DNA from: an uncultured delta proteobacterium
Lineage (GTDB): Bacteria > Myxococcota_A > UBA9160 > SMWR01
NCBI GenBank assembly: GCA_963832165.1
Contig: CAWHTE010000003.1
Location: 735,342 to 799,341 of the forward strand
Direction: 5' to 3'
Length of the DNA stretch: 64,000 nucleotides
Shown here in pieces: positions 30,475 to 40,534 of this stretch. Numbering within the stretch: position 1 is the stretch's first letter; each line of letters opens with the position of its first letter. Below the pieces are notes generated by a model. The model saw only the letters and a list, made by a program, of their open reading frames with translations. It ran no database searches and was not told where the DNA came from. The translations under genes were made by a program, and so were the position numbers.

Positions 30475-31671
30475 ATGTCCCAGCGCAGCACGGACCACGA
30501 CCAACCGCAGCTCGATCTCTCCGATGTCGACCACCGCGTCGGCAAGCCGGTCGGCGGCGGGCAGCTGCGGGAGCCGTGCAACACCACCGACATCCGCCGG
30601 TGGGTGATGGCGATGGACTATCCCAATCCGGTTCACTGGGATGAGGAGTTTGCGCGCACGACCCGGTTCGGCGGCCTCGTCGCGCCTCAGTCCATCTGTG
30701 TGAGTCTCGACTACGGCCACGGCGCGCAACCCGCCTGCGTCGGACGCATCCCGGGCAGTCACCTGATCTTCGGCGGCGAGGAGTGGTGGTTCTACGCCTC
30801 CCACCTCAAGCCCGGGGATCAGCTGTTCCAGGAGCGCCGCTTCCACGACTACAAGGTGGTCGACACGAAGTTCGCCGGTCCGACCATGTTCTCGCGCGGC
30901 GACACGATCCACACCAACCAGCACGGGATCATGGTGGCGAAGGAGCGCTCGACGACGATCCGCTACCTCGCGGCCGAGGCCGAGAAGCGGGGAATGTACG
31001 AGAACCAGCTGGCGCCGATCCGGCGCTGGACGCGACAGGAGCTCGAGGAGATCGAGAAGCTGCGATACGAGTGGCTGATGTCGAATCGGCTCGGCATCTC
31101 GCCGCGCTTCGAGGAGGTGAAGGTCGGCGACACGCTGCCGCGCCGAGTGCTGGGACCGCATAGCATCGCCAGCTTCACCACCGAATATCGCGCGTTCATC
31201 TTCAACATCTGGGGCACCTTCCGCTGGGTGGCGCCGCCGGGCGTGAAGGATCCGTGGATCTACCAGGATCCGGGTTGGGTCGAGGGCTTCGCGTTCGACG
31301 AGGAGGGCGCCAAGATCGACCCGCGCCTGCGCGACGGGCTCTACGTCGGTCCTTCGCGGGGGCACATCGACGCGGAGCGGGCCGGCGAGGTCGGCATGGC
31401 CCGAGCCTACGGCTACGGCGCGACGATGGGTGCGTGGTGCACCGACTATCTGTCCTTCTGGGCCGGCCACGAGGGCATGGTGCGCCACTCGAAGGCGCCG
31501 TTCCGGGCTCCCGCCTTCGAGGGGGACATCACCTACCTCGACGGCGAGGTGATCGCGAAGGAGACCGAGACCGCGTTCGGGGTTCCTCTGGTCACCGTGA
31601 AGGTGCGCATGACGAATCAGGATGGCGCGGTGCTCGTCGACGCGACGGCCGAGGTGGAGCTGCCGCTTTGA
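30475..31671 (+). CDS. Tandem hot-dog (MaoC/FAS1-like dehydratase) protein, copy 2
   Basis: Paralog of 11194-12369: shares IFGGxEWWF, TKFAGPTMFSRGDT, GPSRGH, YGYGAxMGAW. Confidence 0.82.
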   Translation: MSQRSTDHDQPQLDLSDVDHRVGKPVGGGQLREPCNTTDIRRWVMAMDYPNPVHWDEEFARTTRFGGLVAPQSICVSLDYGHGAQPACVGRIPGSHLIFGGEEWWFYASHLKPGDQLFQERRFHDYKVVDTKFAGPTMFSRGDTIHTNQHGIMVAKERSTTIRYLAAEAEKRGMYENQLAPIRRWTRQELEEIEKLRYEWLMSNRLGISPRFEEVKVGDTLPRRVLGPHSIASFTTEYRAFIFNIWGTFRWVAPPGVKDPWIYQDPGWVEGFAFDEEGAKIDPRLRDGLYVGPSRGHIDAERAGEVGMARAYGYGATMGAWCTDYLSFWAGHEGMVRHSKAPFRAPAFEGDITYLDGEVIAKETETAFGVPLVTVKVRMTNQDGAVLVDATAEVELPL

Positions 31672-33371
31672 GCGAGCTCTCGATCGTCAAGGGACCGCCG
31701 CTCTCCGAGGAGCCCGGTCTCGGGGCGCTCACGCTGCCCGGCTTCGTGCGCGAGGTGACGGACCGCTTCGCCGCGCGCGAAGCCGTGGTCTTCCATTCGC
31801 CGGAGGGTGCGCTGCGCTGGACCTACGCCGATCTGTGGCAGCGCTCGCTCGAGGTGGCCAGGGCGCTCGTCGCGTGTGGCATCGGGAGGGAAGGGCGCGT
31901 CGGCGTCATGACGACGAACCGTCCGGAGTGGATCGCGGCGGTATTCGGGACCGCGCTCGCGGGCGGCATTGCCGTCCCGATCAGCACGTTCTCGACGGTG
32001 CCGGAGCTCGACTACATGCTCCGGGTCTCCGGTGTCTCGATCCTGCTGTTCGAAGGGGTCGTCCTCAAGAAGAGCTTCGTCGAGATGCTATGCGAGATGG
32101 AGCCGGCCATTCGCGAGTTCGCTCCGGGCCGGCTCGAGTCGGCGCGCTTTCCGTTCCTGCGTCATCTCGCGGCGATCGGGTCCGACCAGAAGGGGGCGAT
32201 CGAGGGCTGGACCGACTTTCTCGCGCGCGGCGAGTGCGTACCCGATGCGCTGGTCGATGCGCGCGCTGCAGCCGTCCAGCCCAGCGACACGGGTACGCTC
32301 TTCTTTTCCTCGGGTTCCACGAGCAAGCCCAAGGGAATCCTGAGCTCGCATCGAGGCGTGGCGATCCAGCTCTGGAGAGTCGGGCGCCTGTTCGCGCTCG
32401 AAGGCGACATCCGCTGCTGGACCGCGAACGGCTTGTTCTGGTCGGGTAATTTCTGCATGGCGCTCGGTGTCACCTTCTCTTCGGGCGGCGCAATGGTGCT
32501 CCAGCCGACCTTCCACGCCGTCGAGGCGCTGGATCTCTTGCAGGCGGAATGCGTGAGCTACCCGATCGCCTGGCCGCATCAGTGGGCGCAGCTGGAAGAG
32601 GCGCCCAACTACCGACGCGTGGACCTGCGCAACCTGCGGTATGTCGATCGAGACAACCCGCTGGCTCGACACCCGACGGTCTCGGCGCGCTGGCGCGAGC
32701 CCAAGGCGTACGGAAATACCGAGACCTTCACCATCACCACGGCATTTCCCGCCGACACACCCGACGAGATCATCGCAGGCGGACATGGTGACGTGCTGCC
32801 GGGCAACACGCTGAAGGTCGTCGATCCGCTCACGGGGGCGGTGGTGCCGCGCGGTCAGCGCGGCGAGATCGCCGTGAAGGGACCGACGTTGATGCTCGGC
32901 TATGTCGGCATCCCGAACGACGATACGCTCGACGCGGAGGGCTTCTTTCACACGGGCGACGGCGGCCTTTTCGACGCTCACGGACGGCTCTTCTGGGAGG
33001 GGCGCCTCAGCGACATCATCAAGACCGGCGGAGCCAACGTATCCCCGGTCGAGGTCGATGCAGTGCTCGGCAGCTATCCGGGCGTCAAGGTGGCCCGCAC
33101 GGTGGGAGTGCCTCACGAGACGCTCGGCGAGATGGTGGTGGCGTGCATCGTGCCCAGTGAGGGCAACGTTCTCGACGAGACGTCCCTGCGAAGCTTTCTG
33201 AAGGAACGCCTGGCCAGCTACAAGGTGCCTCGGCGCGTGCTGTTCTTTGCCAGCGAGGAGCTGTCCCTGACCGGCAACGCGAAGATCAAGGCGAGCAGCC
33301 TGCGGCAGCTCGCGTCGGAGCGACTCGCGGCCGTCGAGACGCGCGGAGCCGGAGAGGGCCAGTCGGGCTGA
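31668..33371 (+). CDS. Class I adenylate-forming enzyme (acyl-CoA ligase)
   Basis: TTG start overlaps the upstream stop. FSSGSTSKPKG, YGNTET, FHTGD, KTGGANVSP. Confidence 0.88.
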   Translation: MSELSIVKGPPLSEEPGLGALTLPGFVREVTDRFAAREAVVFHSPEGALRWTYADLWQRSLEVARALVACGIGREGRVGVMTTNRPEWIAAVFGTALAGGIAVPISTFSTVPELDYMLRVSGVSILLFEGVVLKKSFVEMLCEMEPAIREFAPGRLESARFPFLRHLAAIGSDQKGAIEGWTDFLARGECVPDALVDARAAAVQPSDTGTLFFSSGSTSKPKGILSSHRGVAIQLWRVGRLFALEGDIRCWTANGLFWSGNFCMALGVTFSSGGAMVLQPTFHAVEALDLLQAECVSYPIAWPHQWAQLEEAPNYRRVDLRNLRYVDRDNPLARHPTVSARWREPKAYGNTETFTITTAFPADTPDEIIAGGHGDVLPGNTLKVVDPLTGAVVPRGQRGEIAVKGPTLMLGYVGIPNDDTLDAEGFFHTGDGGLFDAHGRLFWEGRLSDIIKTGGANVSPVEVDAVLGSYPGVKVARTVGVPHETLGEMVVACIVPSEGNVLDETSLRSFLKERLASYKVPRRVLFFASEELSLTGNAKIKASSLRQLASERLAAVETRGAGEGQSG

Positions 33372-33376
33372 CCGCC

Positions 33377-34231
33377 ATGGGGACCCGGATCCTCGTCGTG
33401 GGCGCGACGGGTTCCGTCGGACGCGGGGCCGTCGACGAGCTGCGGGCGCGCGGTGCGGCGTTCGCTGCCGCCACGCGCGACCCCGCCCGCGCGAGGGATT
33501 TGCTGGGACACGGGACCGACCTCGTCCGGCTCGACCCCGAGGATGCGCGGAGCCTGGCGGCGGCCTTCGACGGCGTCGACGCACTGCTGCTCGTGCCGCC
33601 CGAGACGGGCGGCGCGCGCAAGCGCGAGATCGCGCAGCGCGTGGCGCACGCGGCCGCGCGCGCGGGTGTGCGCCGCATCGCCGTCGTCTCGGGTCTCTCG
33701 GCGATGCGCGACGAGACCTCGATCAGCCGGCAGGTCGAGCGCGACGTGGAATCCCTGGGGCTGGCCTGGACCCACCTGCGGCCCAACTTCTTCATGCAGA
33801 ACTACCATACGATCTACCGCGAGAGCATCCGGCGCGGCGCCATCGCGTTCTACACCGGGGCGGGTCGGACCAGCCTCGTCGATGCGCGCGACGTAGGTGC
33901 GGCCTCCGCAGTGGTCCTGTTGAAGCCAGGCCACGAGCATGGCTCGCTCGTGCTCACGGGTGCCGAATCGCTCGATCACGCCGAGATCGCCGCGATCCTC
34001 TCTCGCGCGACCGGCCGTGAGATCCTCTACACCGCGCGCTCCCACGACGACACCCGCGTTGCGCTGCGCGCGGCGGGTCTCCCGGAGGCCGCCGCCCTGG
34101 CCTCGCTCGCGCGCTTCCGCGAAGTCGAGGCGGGCGCGTTCGCGGCCACCACGCCGATGTTATGCCAGCTCCTGGGACGTCCGCCTATCTCGTTCGAGAG
34201 CTACGCGCGCGAACATGTCCATCACTGGTGA
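33377..34231 (+). CDS. NmrA-like NAD(P)H-binding protein
   Basis: ILVVGATGSVG, WTHLRPNFFMQN, VDARDVG. Confidence 0.85.
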   Translation: MGTRILVVGATGSVGRGAVDELRARGAAFAAATRDPARARDLLGHGTDLVRLDPEDARSLAAAFDGVDALLLVPPETGGARKREIAQRVAHAAARAGVRRIAVVSGLSAMRDETSISRQVERDVESLGLAWTHLRPNFFMQNYHTIYRESIRRGAIAFYTGAGRTSLVDARDVGAASAVVLLKPGHEHGSLVLTGAESLDHAEIAAILSRATGREILYTARSHDDTRVALRAAGLPEAAALASLARFREVEAGAFAATTPMLCQLLGRPPISFESYAREHVHHW

Positions 34232-34246
34232 GGTGCTGGCTCGCCT

Positions 34247-34975
34247 CTAGAGCAGCAAGCCCCCCGATACCGCGATCGTTTGACCCGTCACCCAGCCGGC
34301 CTCGTCGCTGGCCAGGAAAGCCACGACGCGTGCGATGTCGACCGGCTCGCCGACGCGACCGAGCGCCGTGTGCTCGAGGAAGAACCCGAGCGCTTCGGGC
34401 GCATCGAAGATCGGCTCGGTCATCTCGCTGCGCGTGAGCCCCGGAGCCACGGCATTGCAGCGGATGCCATGCGGGCCGAGCTCGACCGCGAGGACCTTCG
34501 TGGCGTGGTGCATCGCGGCCTTGGCGGCGCCGTAGGCAACGAGGCCGACTCGCACGTACGAGCCCGCGGCCGACGACACGTTGATGATGCAGCCCCGGGT
34601 CCGCGTGAGCGCGTCGACGGCCTCTCGCGACAGCGATAGCGGTGCCTGGACGTTGACGGCCAGCATCTGCGCGATCTGCGCGTCGCTGGTCTGCGCGAGC
34701 GGCGCTTTGTGGAACGCACCTGCGTTGTTGACGAGCACGTCCAGCCGCGAGAAGCGCTCGAGCGCGAACGCGATCACGCGCTGGGCGTCGCGCGTCACAT
34801 CCGCCGAGAGAACGGCCACGCGATCGCCCAGGCAGCGCGCGACTTCGTCGAGCGGCTCGGCGCGCCGCCCGACGGCGACGACGCGCGCGCCCTGCTCGAC
34901 GAGCTCCTCGACGATGGCGCGACCGATACCGGTTCCCCCGCCCGTCACGAGAGCGACCTTTCCCGCGAGACTCAC
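34247..34975 (-). CDS. SDR family oxidoreductase
   Basis: TGGGTGIG, VNNAG, YGAAK. Confidence 0.9.
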   Translation of the reverse strand: MSLAGKVALVTGGGTGIGRAIVEELVEQGARVVAVGRRAEPLDEVARCLGDRVAVLSADVTRDAQRVIAFALERFSRLDVLVNNAGAFHKAPLAQTSDAQIAQMLAVNVQAPLSLSREAVDALTRTRGCIINVSSAAGSYVRVGLVAYGAAKAAMHHATKVLAVELGPHGIRCNAVAPGLTRSEMTEPIFDAPEALGFFLEHTALGRVGEPVDIARVVAFLASDEAGWVTGQTIAVSGGLLL

Positions 34976-35592
34976 GCGAGACTCGGTCGGCGGCCGTTGC
35001 GGATCGCCTCCTCGACGAGCCCGATCACCCAGGTGACGCCCCGGATCGCCTGCTCGGGCTGGAGGTCCCAGTCGGCCACGAGCCGCTCGTAGGACATCAC
35101 GCTCCAGAGCACGTCGAACATGGCTGCGGCGGTCACGCGGTCGCTCTCGGACCATTCGTGCGTCGAGGATGCGACGGCGGCGAGCAGCGCTGCGCGCTGA
35201 CGCGCGTGCGCGGCGCTGAGCGTCGGGTCGCGAGGCGTGCGCGACTCGAGTGGGAACGACGCGACATAGCGCAGCACGCGCGCTGCGAAATCCCGGACGC
35301 CCGCGAGCTCGAGAGCCTCGAGGTCGACCGCGGCCTCCTGCTCCAGCCGCGCGAACACGGCATCGCGCAGCTCCTGCTCGCTCGCGAAGTGCCGGTAGAC
35401 CGTCCGCTCCGTGACCCCGGAGAGCTCGGCGACGCGCCGAACGGTCAGTGCGCGCCAGTTCCAGACCGGAAAGCCGTGGAGCAGCTCGGCGCCCGCGGAG
35501 ACGATGCGATCGCGCGTCTGGGCTGCGCGCTCCCGGCGCACCGGGCTGTCGTAGCGCCGGCGCCGCTGTCGGACTGGTTCGCTCCGCGTCAC
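34972..35592 (-). CDS. TetR/AcrR family regulator
   Basis: YDSPVR...LTVRRVAELSGVTERTVYRHF HTH; GTGA coupling on both sides. Confidence 0.85.
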   Translation of the reverse strand: MTRSEPVRQRRRRYDSPVRRERAAQTRDRIVSAGAELLHGFPVWNWRALTVRRVAELSGVTERTVYRHFASEQELRDAVFARLEQEAAVDLEALELAGVRDFAARVLRYVASFPLESRTPRDPTLSAAHARQRAALLAAVASSTHEWSESDRVTAAAMFDVLWSVMSYERLVADWDLQPEQAIRGVTWVIGLVEEAIRNGRRPSLA

Positions 35593-36771
35593 CGCGTGAA
35601 CACCGGAAGCGTGTCCCAGCCGCGCACGGTGGAGGTCGACGCGAGCCTGGCATGGGCCATGTCCACGTCCCACTCCGGGAAGCGCTTCAGGATCTCCTCG
35701 AGGGCGACGCGGCCCTCGAGCCGGGCGAGCGCTGCGCCGAGACAGAAGTGGGCTCCGAAGCCGAACGTGAGGTGCTGGCCGATGTTGCGGTGGATGTCGA
35801 ACCGGTCGCCGTCCGGATGGCGGCGGTCGTCGCGGTTCGCCGATCCGACCAGGAAGACCATCGAAGCGCCTTCGGGAACCGTCTCGCCGTGGAGCTCGAC
35901 GTCGCGCGCGACGTAGCGGGCGATGTGGGGCGCGGGTGGCTCGAAGCGCAGCAGCTCCTCGATCGCATTCGGGAATCAGCGAGGGGTCGAGGGCGAGCTG
36001 CCGCCGCTGGTCCGGATGCTCCGCGAGCACCTTGCCGGTCCAGCCGATCAGGCGATTCGTGGTCTCGTTGCCGGCTCCGGCGATGATGTTCACGTAGGTG
36101 AGGATTTCTTCGCGTGCGAGCCGGCGCTTCGTTCCGGTCTCGTCCTCGAACTCCGCGTTCAAGAGCTCGGTCATCAAGTCGTCGGAGGGATGCTCCACTC
36201 GCCAATCGATGTAGTCGGAGAACACCGTGCCGCTCAAGCTCTCCGATTGCTTCATCGGCTCGCCGGCCTCGGTACGCAGGCTCGCGTCGACGTGATCGCG
36301 GATCGCCTCCTGGTCCTGCTCCGGGATTCCCAGCAGCATGCCGATCACGCGCATCGGCATCTGGGCGCCGAGGTCGGCGATGAAGTCGAAGCCACCGGCG
36401 CCGATCAGCGGATCGAGGGAATCGGCGCAGAAGCGGCGGATCTTCGGCTCGAGCGCCGCCATCTTCTTCGGCGTGAACACGCGCGACACGACTCCGCGGT
36501 GCACGGTATGCCGCGGCGGGTCCTCGAAGATGAACACGCCCGGCGGAATCGGGAAGCTCGCCTTGATCATCTCGAGGACGGCGCCGCGCCCGGAGATGTA
36601 GGTGTCCCGGTCGAGCAGACCGCGCTCGCAGTCGTCGTAGCGGCTGACCGCGTAGAAGTCGTACTTCTCGTTGCGGTACAGCGGCGCCTCCTCGCGCAGC
36701 CTTCGGAACACGGGATACGGATCCGCATGGATCCCGACTTCGTAAGGGTCGTAGTAGAGCTCGCTCGTCAT
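35589..36771 (-). CDS. Cytochrome P450 (one frameshift near 35972)
   Basis: YYDPY, DPPRH, AGAGNETT; after the shift EELLR and FGFGAHFCLG. Confidence 0.88.
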
Positions 36772-36897
36772 GGCCGCCGTCGAATTGGTGTCACTGGACA
36801 ATGACACGAACATACGGGCGCGGCAACCAGAAGAGCGCCGCACGTCCCTATATAGATAGGGGGCGCCCGGTGCGAGCCGGCGTGGTAAAGGTTCGCC

Positions 36898-37383
36898 ATG
36901 CACATCCAACGGCTCACGCACCTGGGAATCTGCGTCTCGGATCTCGAGCGGTCGCTGCGTTTCTATCGCGACGTGCTCGGCTGCAATGAAGTGGGGCGCC
37001 TCGAGCTGGAGGGTGGGCCGACCGCCACGCTGAACGGCATGCCGGATGTGAAGGTGCGCGCGATCTATCTGGAGCGCGACGGTTGGCGCCTCGAGCTGAT
37101 CGAGTATCCCGTTCCGGGCTGGATCGGGCCCCAGGCGCCGCGGCCGATGAATCAGGTTGGCTTGACCCACTTGTCGTTCCGCGTCTCCGACCTCGATGCG
37201 GTGTGCGCGAAGATCGAGGCCGCGGGAGGCGGCTTGCTGCCCGAGACGCGCCTCGCAGCGCCGGGCAGCCCGACGCGCGTGATCATGGCGTTCGATCCCG
37301 ATGGCTTGCGACTCGAGGTGATCCAGAGCCCGGGCGATCCGAACGCCGTCCCCGGCAGCTCGGGCTATATCCTCGCCGACTGA
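36898..37383 (+). CDS. VOC/glyoxalase family protein
   Basis: HLGICVSDLERSLRFYRDVLG, LELIEY, HLSFRV, DPDGLRLEV. Confidence 0.9.
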   Translation: MHIQRLTHLGICVSDLERSLRFYRDVLGCNEVGRLELEGGPTATLNGMPDVKVRAIYLERDGWRLELIEYPVPGWIGPQAPRPMNQVGLTHLSFRVSDLDAVCAKIEAAGGGLLPETRLAAPGSPTRVIMAFDPDGLRLEVIQSPGDPNAVPGSSGYILAD

Positions 37384-37394
37384 ATCGACGCTCC

Positions 37395-38891
37395 ATGGCA
37401 AAGCCCAGCGCGGTGGATCTGTTCGGCCCTGCGCAGACTCCGAGAGTCGCGGTCGTCGGGGCGGGGTTCGGTGGAATTGCGGCCGGCGTGAAGCTGAAGC
37501 AGGCCGGGATCCACACGTTCACGATCTACGAGTCGTCGCTCGGGATCGGCGGCACGTGGTGGGACAACACCTACCCCGGCGCCGAGGTCGATGTCGGGTC
37601 GCACCTCTATTGCTTCTCGTTCAAGCCCCATCGCTGGACGCGCACGCACGCGAGGCAGCCCGAGCTGCAGAAGTACCTCGAGCAGACGGTCGACGAGTTC
37701 GGGCTCCGCCCGCACTTGCGCCTGGGCATTGGCGTGGAGTCGGCGACCTGGGACGACGATCGCCACGTCTGGACGCTCCAGCTCGAGGACGGAACGCGCG
37801 ACGAATATCACGCACTCGTGAGTGCCGTCGGCTTCCTCAACGTGCCTCAGCTTCCCGACTGGCCGGGGCTCCAGTCGTTCGAGGGGCCGGTGTTCCATAC
37901 CGCGCGTTGGCAGCACCAGCACGATCTGACCGAGAGGGTGGTGGCCGTGATCGGCACGGGCTCGTCGGCGACGCAGGTCGTGCCCGCGATCCAGCCGATC
38001 GTGAAGCAACTCTACGTGTTTCAGCGCGAGCCCGGATGGGTGCTGCCCAAGGGCGAGCGCGACCTCACGGACGCGGAGATCGCGGCGCTCGCGACTCCGT
38101 GGCGGCGCAGGTGGGAGCGCTGGCGACTGCGATACATGGTCGAGATGAACCTGCGGGGCGGCGACGCCTACCGGCCCGGCACCCGGACCAACGAGGCGCG
38201 CAAGCGCGTCTGTCTCGACTACATCGCGCGCAAGTTCGCCGATCGCCCCGATCTGCGCGAAGCCGTGACGCCGAAGTATCCCTATCCCGGCAAGCGGCCG
38301 GTCCTCGCGAGCACCTTCTACTCCGCGCTCAAGAAGCCGAACGTCGAGCTGGTTCCCCGCGCCGTGGCATCTCTCTCCCGCACGGGCATCGTCGACGCGG
38401 ACGGAGTGGAGCGGCGCGTCGACGCCGTCGTGATGGCGACGGGCTTTCAGGCGGCGAACTACCTCGCGCGCCTGCGCGTCGTGGGCCGCGGCGGCCGGAC
38501 GCTTCACGAGCACTGGGCTGGCGAGCCGCGCGCGTATCTCGGGATCACGGTGCCCGGGTTCCCGAACTTCTTCATCCTCTACGGACCCGGCACCAACGGT
38601 GGGGAGATCGTGACGATGCTCGAGTCCCAGGCAGAGTACGCCGTGCGCGCCGTGAAGCGCATGCGGCGCGAGCGCGTCACCGCGGTCGAGGTCAAGCCGG
38701 GCTTCGAGGCGCGGTGGTATCACTGGCTCCAGTCGAAGATGGAAGGCACCTCCTGGACCATGACCCACAACTACTTCAAGTCATCCACCGGGAAGGTGGT
38801 GACGCAGTGGCCCTACACCAACTCGCTCTACCGCGTGCTCACGAAAGTTCTGGGCCGCATTTCGGAGACCACGCGTCGGCGCGGTGTGTAG
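37395..38891 (+). CDS. Flavin-containing (Baeyer-Villiger-type) monooxygenase
   Basis: GAGFGG, GGTWWDNTYPG, FEGPVFHTARW, GTGSS, ATGF. Confidence 0.9.
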   Translation: MAKPSAVDLFGPAQTPRVAVVGAGFGGIAAGVKLKQAGIHTFTIYESSLGIGGTWWDNTYPGAEVDVGSHLYCFSFKPHRWTRTHARQPELQKYLEQTVDEFGLRPHLRLGIGVESATWDDDRHVWTLQLEDGTRDEYHALVSAVGFLNVPQLPDWPGLQSFEGPVFHTARWQHQHDLTERVVAVIGTGSSATQVVPAIQPIVKQLYVFQREPGWVLPKGERDLTDAEIAALATPWRRRWERWRLRYMVEMNLRGGDAYRPGTRTNEARKRVCLDYIARKFADRPDLREAVTPKYPYPGKRPVLASTFYSALKKPNVELVPRAVASLSRTGIVDADGVERRVDAVVMATGFQAANYLARLRVVGRGGRTLHEHWAGEPRAYLGITVPGFPNFFILYGPGTNGGEIVTMLESQAEYAVRAVKRMRRERVTAVEVKPGFEARWYHWLQSKMEGTSWTMTHNYFKSSTGKVVTQWPYTNSLYRVLTKVLGRISETTRRRGV

Positions 38892-38924
38892 ACTGCGAGT
38901 CGTCGCACGGCACGAGGAGCGCGC

Positions 38925-40466
38925 ATGTATCCCGGGATCCACGCAGCGGAGCGGCCGGACCAGGCGGCCGTGATCATGGGCAGCGGCGAGGCGGTGAGCT
39001 ACCGCGAGCTGGACGCGCGCTCGAACCGCTGCGCGCAGCTGTTGCGCAGCCGCGGCCTCGGCCCGGGCTCGGCGATCGGCGTCTGGATGAAGAACTGCGC
39101 GGCGTACTACGACCCGTGCTGGGCCGCGCAGCGCTCGGGCCTCTACTACACGCCGATCAGCACGCACCTGACCGAGGAAGAGGTCGAGTACATCGCGCGC
39201 GATTGCGCAGCCGAGGTGATGTTCGTGTCGCCGGAGTACGGCGAGCTCGCGCGCGCGCTGCGCGCGCGGCTGCCGCGCGTGCGCGCATGGTTCGCCGTGG
39301 GCGGCGAGATTCCGGGCTGCGAGCGCTACGAGGCGGCCGTGGCGAGTCAGCCCGCGCTGCCCGTGCCCGACGAGATCGAAGGGCAGGACATGCTCTACTC
39401 GTCGGGCACGACCGGAAAGCCGAAGGGCATCCGGCTGCCGCTGTCGGGGCGCAAGCCCGGCGAGCCCGATCCGATGGCGCTGGGCTTCGCAAAAGGTTTC
39501 TGGGGACTCTGCGATCGCGACGTGTACCTGTCACCCGCGCCGCTCTACCACTCGGCGCCGCTGCGCTGCACGATCGCGGCGCAGCGCCTCGGCGCGACCT
39601 GCGTCGTGATGGAGCGCTTCGATCCCGAGCAGGCGCTCGCGCTGATCGAACGTTACCGCGTCACGACGAGCCAGTGGGTGCCGACGATGTTCGTGCGCAT
39701 GCTGAAGCTGCCGCTCGAGGTGCGGAAGCGTTACGACCTGTCGAGCCACCGCATCGCCGTGCACGCCGCCGCGCCGTGTCCGATTCCGATCAAGCAGCAG
39801 ATGATCGAGTGGTGGGGCCCGATCCTGTTCGAGTACTACGCGGCGACCGAAGCCAACGGCTCGACCGCGATCGGCGCCGAAGAGTGGCTCGCGCATCCCG
39901 GCTCGGTCGGCAAGCCGATGGGTGTGCGCGCACACATCCTCGACGACGAGGGCCGCGAGCTGCCGATCGGAGAGCCCGGAACGATCTACTTCGAAGGGGG
40001 CGGGCGCTTCGAATATCACGGCGACCCCGAGAAGACGCGCGCGAGCTATTCGCCGCAGGGCTGGTCCACGGTCGGCGACATCGGATATCTCGACGGCGAG
40101 GGCTATCTCTATCTCACCGACCGCAAGAGCCACATGATCATCTCGGGCGGCGTGAACATCTACCCGCAGGAGGCCGAGAACCTGCTCGTGACGCACCCGG
40201 CGGTCGCCGACGTCGCGGTCATCGGCGTCCCGCATCCCGAGTTCGGCGAAGAGGTGAAGGCTGTGGTGGAGCTCGTCGAGCCCGAGCGCGCGGGCCCGGA
40301 GCTCGCGGCGGAGCTGATCGCGTTCTGCGAGCGGCATCTCTCGAAGATCAAGTGCCCGCGCTCGGTCGATTTCGAGGCGAAGCTGCCGCGCGCGGAGAAC
40401 GGCAAGCTCTACAAGCGCAGGCTGCGCGATCGGTACTGGCAGGGCCACGAGACGCGCATCGTCTGA
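38925..40466 (+). CDS. Acyl-CoA synthetase
   Basis: YSSGTTGKPKG, PLYH, YYAATE, ISGGVNIYPQE, GKLYKR. Confidence 0.92.
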   Translation: MYPGIHAAERPDQAAVIMGSGEAVSYRELDARSNRCAQLLRSRGLGPGSAIGVWMKNCAAYYDPCWAAQRSGLYYTPISTHLTEEEVEYIARDCAAEVMFVSPEYGELARALRARLPRVRAWFAVGGEIPGCERYEAAVASQPALPVPDEIEGQDMLYSSGTTGKPKGIRLPLSGRKPGEPDPMALGFAKGFWGLCDRDVYLSPAPLYHSAPLRCTIAAQRLGATCVVMERFDPEQALALIERYRVTTSQWVPTMFVRMLKLPLEVRKRYDLSSHRIAVHAAAPCPIPIKQQMIEWWGPILFEYYAATEANGSTAIGAEEWLAHPGSVGKPMGVRAHILDDEGRELPIGEPGTIYFEGGGRFEYHGDPEKTRASYSPQGWSTVGDIGYLDGEGYLYLTDRKSHMIISGGVNIYPQEAENLLVTHPAVADVAVIGVPHPEFGEEVKAVVELVEPERAGPELAAELIAFCERHLSKIKCPRSVDFEAKLPRAENGKLYKRRLRDRYWQGHETRIV

Positions 40467-40534
40467 GGGCTGCGCTCGCGCGGGTCGAAGCCGCACGCCA
40501 TACTGCGGACCGAGCTGCTACCGCAGGAGCGACC

